This document shows positions 22,590 through 35,803 of a DNA stretch of 64,000 nt, one piece after another. The stretch is taken from NCBI GenBank assembly GCA_001179505.1, contig CDMY01000656.1:186001-250000 (forward strand), given 5' to 3'. The notes under the pieces are model-generated. The model saw only the letters and a list, made by a program, of their open reading frames with translations, was not told the origin of the DNA and made no database searches. A program made the position numbers and the translations under genes. The number at the start of each line of letters is the position of its first letter. Within the stretch, counting starts at the first letter, position 1. The DNA comes from Vitrella brassicaformis CCMP3155. Its lineage: Eukaryota > Protista > Chromerida.

Positions 22590-25500
22590 ATGGATGGCAA
22601 GTCCTCAGCGGATGCTGTTCCCATCGGCGTAGAGATCCTGCTTCCATCACGGCCGCCGGTGCGAAAAGTGACCGACCTGCTGCAGTGGGATGCCGATGCG
22701 ACCTTCCTTGATATGCTGAGCAAATTGAAGATGAGCGAGGACAAACCGAGTGACGGGTCAGGATCTGATCACATTCGTGTGGAGCTCGACGCATCCTCAT
22801 CCGACGAGGACGGCTTGCACGTCGTGTGCAAAGTCGCCGTGAAGGTGAGCCGCTCGATTTCGTCTGACAAGGACGAGAGGGAAGAAAGCGCGAGGTTCCC
22901 TCCACTGGCCCATGGCAGCCATGCCGGAGGGCCAATGCGGGCGCATGCCTGGCCGTTTCAATGGTTTGGTACGTGTACGTGTATCGTTGTAGGCACACAT
23001 AGAGTGGATGTCTTTGTGTGTGTATGGCTGTTCGTTCCCTCAGATGTCTGTATTGGGGCCAAGCTGCGTCAGACAGTCCTCTCTCTTGACGCCAGGTTCA
23101 TCCGATACACTGCTGCGGACAACCACACTCCCTCCATCAGCGACAATGCACCGAGCGGGGACACATCCCGCACAATGATGGAGGACGTGCAGCTGCATCA
23201 CCCCGAGCTCTCCGACATCAATGAAGAGGCGGTCCACAAGCACTCTTACGGCCGCCACACCCACACCATGGGCTCCATGGCAACAATGGCCTCTCTCCCC
23301 GAGATATATGGCGCCGCCTCGCCCTCCCCCTACCAGCAGGCCGCCTACACCAGCATGGCCTTCGGCAGCGGAAGCACCCTCTCCATCGGCACCATGACGC
23401 CCCCCGTCGGCTACCACGGCATGACGCTGCAGCCGATGCCCACACACAAGCTCTCTAGCGAGAAGCGTCGGCTCACCTTCAACATAGAGGAGTCGAGCGG
23501 CGATGAGGGCTCTAGCGATGAGGGCAACCACCCGGCAGGTCAGAGGGCCGAGAAAGGGGACACGAGCGGCCCTGCCACAGACCAGGATAATGAAAAGAAG
23601 ACGAAAAGTCCTTCGCGTCTCTTCTCCGACCTGCGGCTGAGATACAGTCAGTCTGGCGGGCGGCTCACCACTGCGTTGGCGGCTGATGACGATGAGAGGA
23701 AGCGTGCGCTGCCCCCGCTGATTCTGGTGCCGGAGAAGCGCATGCCGTGGGACATCTGCTGCCTCCTTGTGATTTTCTACCAGACTATATTCATTCCATT
23801 CGGTGAGGAATGCGTCTCCGTGTCTGTCTGTATAAATGTCTCACGTCCTGTGGATGCATCTCCATCCCCTCTGCCCTCTGTTTGTCAGATTTGGCGTTCG
23901 GCATTGACGGCACCCGATACGCTTACGTGTTTCTTATATTGCACCACTGTTTTGACGTCTTGTGGGTTGTGGACATCTGCCTCAACTTCGTAACAGGTGC
24001 TGTAGAGAGACACTCCCTTCCTCCCTACTGACGTCATCCCTCCCTCCATGTCTCCCTTCCCCCTTGGTACAGCGTATTACAACTATGAGCAGGCGTTGGT
24101 CATCGACCCGCGCCAGATCGCCAGGCATTATCTCAAAACCTGGTTCATCATCGGTCAGTCACCATTCCGGCCAACATACCGGTCAGAAAGGGAAACCAGT
24201 CTTTGCTCTTATTCTTGGTTGCTTGTCAGATCTGGTGGCGACCATTCCCTGGGAGCTGCTCTCCCACAGTGAGGCGGCCGCCTCCCCCAAGCTGCTGAGG
24301 CTGATGCGGCTGTTAAGTTCTCTCGCTTGCTGCGGATCCTGAAGTTCCGAAACATCGTCAACCGCCTGCAGGATTTCCTCTTTGATACCACCTTCGTCGA
24401 CTTCAAAGTCAGCCGTCCAACATTCCACCCACCTGTTGTACGTACGCATGTGCCTCCTTCTATTCTGCCATCAGTTTTTCCCTCTGGTGGTGGAGAGTTT
24501 CGAGATAGCCTTCTTGATGATAGTGGTAGCCCACTGGAACGCCTGCATCTTCTATATGGTCAGCACACGTGTGTCCACTGGACACGAACGCGCTTTATAG
24601 TCGCACGTGGGTGGGTGCCCTGTGTGTGCACAGGTAGGCACGCAGCGTGCGGTGACGGCAGCCGACCTGGGCCGCGAACTGCAAGACGGGACCCTCGGCT
24701 CTGGAGACCTCACCTGGGTCGAGTACTATGAACTCGACGCGGCAAACCTCTTCAGCCAGTAGGCGAGTCCTGCCTACTCATTTTCGTTTATACCTCGCTC
24801 TCTCCTTTGGATCGCCAGGTACGTTGCAGCGCTTTACTGGTCGCTTACGACGCTCTCGACGGTCGGTTATGGCGACTTTGTGCCGCAGACGCGCAACGAA
24901 CGGCTGTGAGTGATTGTGACGGTGCTGCTGGCGTCGGTGGTGTTCGCCTACCTGGTGTCATCCATCGCCTCAGTGGCCTCCAAATTTGGAGAGGAAAGGG
25001 CTCAGTACAGCAAGCAGGTCGATCTTATCACCAGGTCAGTCCGTCGGGCAAAAATGAGTGCGTGAGTGTGACTGGCTACTCTGCTTTGCGATGAAGGTAT
25101 CTGCGTCTCCGCCGCGTGCCTTATGAGCTCCAGTCGCGCATCAAGCGATTTCTGGCCTACAAGTTCGAGAGCGAACAGACAACACAGATGGAGGGGGCGC
25201 TGTCATGCCTGCTGACGGACTCACTCAAGAACGAAGTGGTGACGCCAAGTGATCCGCAGCACGATCCCATGAGGCACCCTGTGATTGCATCTGTGTCTGC
25301 AGGCGTATGATGTATACCACACTACTCTGCGCGCCTTTCCTTTATTCGAGAGTGTGAAGCGACAGGTCATGACGCAGCTGTGCCGCATCTGCAAGTGCCG
25401 CATCATGGCGCGGGGTGACGTGCTTCTCAACGAGGGCGTCATCAGTCGGTCGATGTTCTTCCTCACAAAGGGCCGCATGATCGCCACCAGCCGCAACAAC

Positions 25501-27513
25501 GCGCAAGAGGGGGAAGATGGCGAGTACGACTGTGACGATGCGCTGTGCTCGCCATCGTTCTTCGGCGCCAAGAGCCTCTTTGAAGATCATGTACGTACGG
25601 ATGCGTGTGGCCCGGTGTGGGTCGGCAGGCACGGCATTGTGTGCGATTGATTGATGGGTCCATTATGGACAGGTGATGCGGGTGACGCTCAAGTGCGCGA
25701 CCTTCTGTGACCTGGTTGAGATCGAGCGCGGCGACCTGCTGTCTGTCGTCATGATGTTCCCAAAGTTGCAGAGGAAATACGTCACAATCGCCGAACAGGT
25801 ATATATAGGTTGACTGACTCACAAGCTCCATCGTGTCTCTCTCTCCTCCTTCCTCTTTCAGGTGCGGGTAGGCGATTACCGTTCCCTAGAAGTCCGATGT
25901 TCTTACTGCGGGCCAGCGCGACATCGGACGGAGGACTGCCCATACCGAGTGAGCTCTTTCCTGCCCCACAACCACTGCAAGACCAAGAGAAGCCTCTTCA
26001 GCGTCCATCGATCGTGTATGAGGCGGTGCTGCCCGTGTCTGTGGGGAAACAAGAGCAGCAGAAAGAAGACGCGAGAGTTCCCCGTCTCTTTTTCAACCGA
26101 GGGGCTCGACCAGATGGAACACGAAGCTTGCGACAAGGACGCGCCGATGGAGCAGCAGAGCAACGAGGACAGCACCACGGCTAATCCGACACCAATCAAC
26201 CACAGTCCGCCCTCACGTTTCAGCATGTCCGGCCAGGGCGGCTCCTCGGCCGTCATGTGCAGGATCGACGAGAATGAAGTTTCCCTCGACACCATTTCAG
26301 AGAAGGGGTCGCCACTGACATCACGCCCAGCAACCTTCGCGAGACGGAAGAGTGCGTCCTCGTCTGACCTGCTCGCCGACAAGTCCCATCGGAGCAAGGC
26401 AAGGACGCGCCATGGCGAGAGGAAAGGAAGAGAGAAGGAGTATCGCATGGACAAGGAAGAGGGAGAGGTCAGCGGGTCGATCGATGACCTCAGAAACAAC
26501 CGGCAAACCGTCACAGGTATATATCTTTTACCGCATATGATGAATTGAAGATAGGGAAAGCCCTTGAAGGATCCAGCTCTTTCTTCTCTGCTCAGAACCG
26601 TCTCATGGCGAGGCTCGGCCCCGATCCAAAGGCCAATCTGGCTCCTTCCTGTTCCGCACCTCCAACAGCGGAGTGTCCCAGCGATCGCGGGCATCGAAAG
26701 ACTCCAGGCGGGCACCCAGCACAGCCAGCACCGGCCACTGGTCCCCAGCACGCGTCAAGGCCAAGCTGCAGCTGATGAGACGTCCCTTCGACGGACGGGC
26801 GAGGAGAGCGAGCTATCCCCGGACGTCCGATGGGCCGCCCTCGCCGATGGTAGTCCGGCGTCATCAAGTGCGGAGGTCCCAATCGCTGTACGAGCCGTGT
26901 GAGCCGAGTGAAATGGCTGTACAAGCCGCGATGATGGCCGCCAGTTCACTCACACAGGTAAATGTACATGTCTCTCTTTCTCCCTCTCCATGCACACATG
27001 CAGCCACCATGGACAATGTAACTGAGCTCGTGCCTGGCTCCTTGTCTGTCTGCGCAGATGCCATCAGGGATATGCAGCAACGTGCCGATGGGAAGCTGTT
27101 TCCCCATGTCGGCCTCTCCTATCCCGGGGTTCTTTCCCCATGCCGGCCAGTACCCATACCCCGCCCTCACACACGCATCCCTCCCCTACCAGCATTACCG
27201 GCGGGCGTCGGTCGCCTCCCCCTCCCCATCTGGTGTCTCTCGCCACATGATGCCTGTCTTAGCCCACACACCCCTACAGCCATTCATGGTGCCGCCACAG
27301 CATGGTGTCTTGCACGGCGGGCTGACGCCACAAGACACCATCGAGAGTGTGGAAAGGTTCCAGAGCGATAATGAGATGATCGAGTCGGAACCAAGTTTGC
27401 AGCAGCGGAACGGCCAGCAGGGGGATGATCATGGTGGGCGCAGGGGTGTGCATCGAGCGGCGTCGACGACAGAGCTGGACAAGCGGAGGCCATCTGATCG
27501 GGAGGCACAGTGA
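22590..27513 (+). CDS. 6-TM K+-selective channel with C-linker and CNBD/CNBHD (EAG/HCN/plant-Shaker-like); two reading-frame lesions as assembled
   Basis: S1 [18 protein letters not shown]; S2 [14 protein letters not shown]; S3 [13 protein letters not shown]; S4 ..RLLRILKFR; S5 AHWNACIFY; pore [19 protein letters not shown]; C-linker [13 protein letters not shown]; CNBD LRAFPLF...[20 protein letters not shown]. Frameshift near 24313 and TGA at 24907. Confidence 0.9.
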
Positions 27514-27951
27514 CTGAGGGAGAGAGACACACGCGTTTTTTGCCAGCGTCATGTTTCGGTGTCTTTGTGGAAGAGGTTCAAGGTGTTCTGTGCGTATGAG
27601 TGGGTGTGCATTCTCTGTGTGCGTCGTGTTTGCTCTCCTTCCCGCACGTGGATTATTTTTCACTCAGTCATTTATCCGATATAGGTACATGCCCAACGCG
27701 ACAGAGAGAGAGGGAAACCCATTCGTATGTCATTTTATGAAGGCCGCCAACATACATACATACGCACATTCATCCCATACGTGCCACAAGTGTGTGTTTT
27801 TGTGTGTCCATGGACAGACACCACAGCCGATGTATGTCTTCTGATGGTATGTATCCACTTAACGCGCACCCGCCGACAGCCTCAAGAAAACCCCCTATGT
27901 AGCCGCATATCCACTATCGATGCACTAGCCTAGCTTGTCGCCCCTCCCCGG

Positions 27952-29347
27952 CTAATCCAGCAGATCGAATGAGCCGTAGTAGACGTAGTCACGCGTGTAC
28001 TCGAGTCGGTATCGCCCACAGAACTCCCGGCGGGCACATGACACCGACCTGACACGCACCAAGGACAAACGGACGGATGCCCATCGTTCTGCATGTTTGG
28101 TCGGGCTGGATGCCTACTCCCGTGCGTCTGTGTCGAATCCGCACATGTGGCCGTGTTCGTAGGCCTGCATCTCAGCCATGATCTCGCCAAACGTGATGCC
28201 CTTAGCCTGACACATGAATCACACAGTCGGACACACGGCGACAGACATGGACACCCCGCCCCCCTCCCCCCCTCATTGTGCGTCTCGTCGCCCACCGGAT
28301 CTTTCGCCTTGATGGCGAGCGCCAGGGATTGGTTCTCGCCGCACTCACCCAAAATTATGCCCTCCTCACCCTGGTTGCACTGCTCGTAGTCCTGCCAACC
28401 TACAAAACAACACACACACCCGGGTCGCAATATCTCCCTCCCCCCTCCCCCGGCCTCCCTCTCTCACGGCCTCTGAGGTCTCTGAGGGTGCGCTCCGACA
28501 GGGGGACGTTGGTAATGATCCTGCGATGCGAGGCACAGCATTCTTAATCCTCTCTCTCTCGACCACCACATGATCTCACATCGATGGGTAGGGGTAGACT
28601 ATTTTGGCCTTCCTCTCCTCAAACGCATACTTGTCCTCCTTGTACAGCCCCCCTGCCAGATGCACAAACTCTATCGGATCCCAGATGCCCCGCAACGAGA
28701 TGACGGCGGGCTCCGACGGCCGTCGCCCATTCTTGACCTTGACCTCAGCTAACACCTCCTGCGGAACAAGAGCATTTGGCCGGTGGTTGTCGCGTCACGC
28801 ATCCATCCATCGTGGTTACCTTGAGGCGCCGCTCGTAGTCCTTCATCGCCAGCCTGCCCTTCTCGCGGGGCACCTGCTGATCTGCCGGCAAAAAGCTCAT
28901 CGTTTGGCTTATCTATAAGACAACCGTGGGATCCTCGCCACCCGTGTTTACACTTTCCGGTCTTGGCTTGTCTGATCGCCGAACATCGTGTTGATGTATC
29001 CGGTGTTGATGATCTGATGTCCGTGTACACAATTAAGTCGTGCAGTCGTCCTGTCAGCTGTGGACGTGTGTGTCATTCTGGCGACCCCGTCGCCCTAGCT
29101 ATCCACAGTCCCCCCCGAGATCTGTGTGTCCACCGGCAGCAAGGTTGCAGGCAAGACGCAGTCAAAACTCGCCTCTCTCATCCGTCCACACACAGCTCTC
29201 TTGCAAAGGCACACACGAACGAACAAGCCGTACCCCACAGGCGAAGACAACAAACCCACCGGGAGCACTCGGGGGTGGTGGTAGTTTCCCTTGCCTGGGT
29301 GTCCGTGATGTTCGTTCCCGTGTGAAAGCTTTTAGATGCTCATACAT
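27952..29347 (-). CDS. multi-exon hypothetical protein (5' exons uncertain)
   Basis: Coherent spliced exons: ISQTMSFLPADQQVPREKGRLAMKDYERRLK|EVLAEVKVKNG...IVYPYPS, GWQDYEQCNQG..., GITFGEIMAEM..., ending YVYYGSFDLLD*. The start at 29347 (MYEHLK) is tentative. Confidence 0.55.
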
Positions 29348-29403
29348 CTCCCGACGCACAAAAACTCCACCCTGAGTCAGTGAACAGCGGCATCGACACG
29401 ACA

Positions 29404-29585
29404 TCACTCGGGCGCTTGTGCGTTGATGCTGATTGCGTGTATGGCGTTCTTGATCTCCTCATCCAGGATCTTGTAGACCAGCTGGTGACGCTTCACGCGA
29501 CTGAGGCCCTCGAACATCTCGCTCGTGACGTCTATCCTGAAGTGCGTCTCGCCGCCGGCAAACTTGTGCGGCTCCTCCTGCATCC

Positions 29586-29623
<38 letters not shown>

Positions 29624-29937
29624 ACACACAGACGAAGGAGAGGCAAGCAGCGTCCACTGCCGCTGATTCTCCGCTCACCCAGGTGGTCGGCATGCCCGGC
29701 AGACTCATCGACTATCTCAAGGCTGGTCGGGCTGAGCTCCTCTGTCAGCTTCCTCTCTATCGCGTCGTAAACCGGTCCCATCCTCAGATCCAATGCCCTC
29801 CGACTGCGCAGCCGCACTTGCCGGCGCAAGGACGATGGGAGAGGGCTCCTCGCGAGAAAACAGCTGACGATGTCGACGCAGCAGACGAAGATGGACAGCA
29901 AGACGATGCACACGCTTGTGGAGTCTTTCATCATCAT
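29404..29937 (-). CDS. bolA: BolA-family protein with bipartite (signal + transit) leader, probably plastid-targeted
   Basis: Exons 29937-29679 and 29585-29404 (441 nt). IERKLTEELSPTSLEIVDESAGHADH...ETHFRIDVTSEMFEGLSRVKRHQLVYKIL...IHAISINAQAPE. Hydrophobic N-terminus followed by VSC-FLARS and an Arg/Ser-rich stretch. Confidence 0.9.
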
Positions 29938-29953
29938 CTCTTGCGAAGTCGTT

Positions 29954-29982
29954 TGCGAGCTCGCAGTTGCGAGCTTAGCTTT
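29954..29982. promoter_or_regulatory. clustered GCTCGCA motifs in the BolA/CDPK divergent promoter
   Basis: Palindrome TGCGAGCTCGCA at 29954-29965 plus TGCGAGCTTAGCTTT at 29968-29982, the exact reverse complement of 37617-37631. Confidence 0.7.
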
Positions 29983-30076
29983 TGAGGGAGAGGAGAAAGA
30001 GCGGTTTCGGAGAGGAAAGTGCAGTGCTGACCGAGAGCAAGGCGCGGCCATCCCACTCCCCGCCGACATCTAGCAA

Positions 30077-32837
<2,761 letters not shown>

Positions 32838-34218
32838 TCAAGGTGGGTGAGATGGAATGGGCGGGTTTTTTGCAGCGTGCGCGTGGGTGGGCGGGCGGCG
32901 CGGTTGGCTGGATGATTGTTCTGTTGTGGTGGGTTGTGTTGGGCTGCTTGTGTTGCTGCGGGTGCCGTGCCGTACATGCCATTCCATATGTCCTGGCGGG
33001 AGTCGAGTCGAGTCGAGCTGAGTTGTTTTGTGAAGGGACTCCTTTATCTCTCTCTCCCTCTGTCTGTCTCTCTCTCTCTCTGTCTTTCTCTCCGTGTCGT
33101 TTTTGGAAAGGATGTGTGATGTATGTATGTGTGGAGTGAAGCCGAGGGATCCATGACTCAGTGAGTGAGTGAGTGAGGGAGGGAGGGAGCGATGAACGAC
33201 CGATTTATTTGCGTGTGCTGTAGAGGAAGTACGCGTACTGACGAATGGATGGATGGATGCATGGGGGGTCTTCTGGTTTAGTGGCTGCCTTGATTCATCG
33301 ACGAGCGGGGCAAGACTGCTGACTGATCAGCTCCCTACCCCCGCCCCGCCTCTCTCTTTGTAAAGGGCTCCATCGCATTTTTCCTGAATCCGGCGCATGT
33401 CGGTGTCAGTCGGCTCCTGTGCTCTCGTGGCTGCAGTGTGTGCCATGGCCATTTCAGCCTCTCTCATGGGCAGAAGTGGGCATGGCACGCAGGTCAGCTA
33501 CCAGAGCAACGTGCGACACACACATGACTGCCAAGGCCGGCCTCTCGAGCTGGATGAATGGGTGTGTGGCACACCGCACCCTGCCTGGCTGGCTGATCGA
33601 TCGCTGGCGTATTTTTTCACCCCCACACAGACCCCCTGTCTTCCCCCCCCCCGCGGCTCCTCCCCACTCCCACTCCCGTCATGATGTGTGTACGGCGCCT
33701 TTTTCCTCGTGTGTTGTCTTGTAAGTCTGTCTGCCTGTCTGTCTGTCTGTCATCCGAGCATACCTCTTCGTGTGTGCGGTGTGGCTGGCGCCAATTTATG
33801 TGTGTCTGTCTGTCTGTGCGTGCCAGCGCGTCGGTGTACGGTCTCCTTTATGGGTGTGTGTGTGCATGGTGTGTGCATGTGTGTGTGCACCATGATGTGT
33901 GTCCGACCTGTGGGTGTAAGACTATAGGCGGGGGTGACGTGAGTGAGTGAGGCGGTTGGGAGGGGAAGGAGTGGAGGTCGATGGATATGCGTTGATCTGT
34001 GGCGGACGCATACATACGCTCACGTACAGACAGGCACGACGGGCCGGTGGGGAGGTGGGTGGATGGATGGATGGATGGGGGGTTCCCATGCTATTCTATG
34101 CAGTGCCTACCTACCTTGTGGATGATTTCTGGCTCTCCAACCCAATACACCCCACCCCGTGTGTGTGTGTGTGTGTGGACGTGCTTTTATGCACACGTGT
34201 GTGGAGTGCTGCTGCGCT

Positions 34219-34249
<31 letters not shown>

Positions 34250-35030
34250 GTCTCCCACCCACCCGACCTGCCCACCAACCCTGCCAGCACCCAATCTGGT
34301 GTGCAGACCTAGTACTCACTGAGTGACATGACAGCAACTTTATCCACGTCCACTTTCATCGACGCATGGAAGACGCGTTTATGCCTGTGCCTGTGCGTGT
34401 CCGTGTCTGTGTGTATGTTTAACGTCCTGACTCGACCAACGGCTAAACAGCTGACAAAGAGAGAGACGACAGAGAGCTAACCCCGAATTTCCACCACGTC
34501 TCCACTGGGGCAGTTTACATCGACCCCGAGGCTCGTCGACACTGTCGTGTCTCATGGTGGGTGGTGAGAAAGGCAATAAGTGTGATTTCTCTTCGCGACT
34601 TGATTGCTTGATGGGCAAACAAGGCTAGCTCTCACGTGCCCGCCTGCCTCTGCCTGTCACTGATATGACAACCAGCCAGCCGTCCGCCCATGGGTGCACT
34701 CAGTGGTGATGTACATCACACCGACGGGCGGTATCGACCAGCACTCCCCTCAAAAACCAGACAGAGACAGACAGAGGGTAGCTAGGCTAGGCAGGCCGGC
34801 AGACACACACAGAAAGACAGACACGCTTGCACGCACACAGACGGCGTCCCATCGAGACAGACAGACACGGCCACACACAGCAAGCTCACTACATCCACAC
34901 ACACATGCAGCTCGGGGTGGACACACACATAGCTGTGGGTTGATATCGACATATGGCACACACTATCTACACACAGGCTCTGCACAGGAATGAAACACCG
35001 CGTCCCTCCCCTTTGGTGCCTGCTCGCCTG

Positions 35031-35076
35031 TGTGTGTGTGTGTGTGTGTGCGTGTGCGTGTGTGTGTGTGTGTGTG
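35031..35076. repeat. (GT)n microsatellite in a 2.9-kb SSR-rich non-coding interval
   Basis: Visible run; the 32.9-35.8 kb interval also carries (GGAT)n, (GCCT)n, (GACA)n and (CA)n runs. Confidence 0.85.
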
Positions 35077-35803
35077 ACCTATAGCCGCCCACACTGATAC
35101 AAGCAGCCGTCTCACACACCACATCCACCCATCGGAAAAAGTAGGCACGGCAGGCCGGCAGGAACATGAAAATGCCATGCCGTGCCGTGCAGTGAGCTGG
35201 CGAGTCAGTGAGGGGTATGCGCACCACACGCCCCTGTGCAGCAGCACTTGACCGACCACAAACCAGCAGACAGACAGACAGACTGAGAGATTTGTATTCA
35301 GTCTATCTCTGTCTGTTTGTCTGTCTGCCACCGTGTGTGTGCCTCTCTCTCTCTGAAAGACAGCAGAGCGCAGAGGCACACACACGGTGGCAGACGGACA
35401 GACAGACAGACAGACAGGGGAGGAGAAAGAAACGAAAGCCACACGACTGGCACGATTGTACGCACCGATGAGTCGAGCATCCACACACGGCAGAGGGGTG
35501 GTCGGCGCGAGAGCATCGGTCGCATGGACGAACGTCGACATACGCCATCCGCCCCGAGGGTTGGCAGGCAAGCACACAGCATGAAGGCCGCCCACGCTCC
35601 CCAGGATGGACGGGTAACACACACACACACACACACACACGTGCAACTTAACCAACCACAAAGAAGGAATCAATGGGCCTCGCCCCCGGCTCACATGGAC
35701 ACGGACACCTACACACACATGCACGACTTCAGGCAGGCAGGCAGGCAGGCAGGCAAGCAGGCAGGCCGGCAAGCAGGCTGCTCTCATTGCGTTGCAGCAA
35801 GTG

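Noticed and set aside
24907-24909. Genome-wide UGA reassignment as the explanation for the channel TGA
   Set aside because: TGA is the normal terminator of several well-supported genes here (BolA, CDPK, RCC1, polymerase), and no in-frame TGA was seen in the conserved exons checked.
29586-29678. BolA ORF reading through a CVCVCV tract
   Set aside because: It is a 93-nt GT-AG intron that happens to lack stops; there is no evidence of retention.
33600-35800. Numerous overlapping ORFs, including 34963..35835
   Set aside because: Products of (GT)n, (GCCT)n and (GACA)n repeats; most likely UTR or intergenic DNA.
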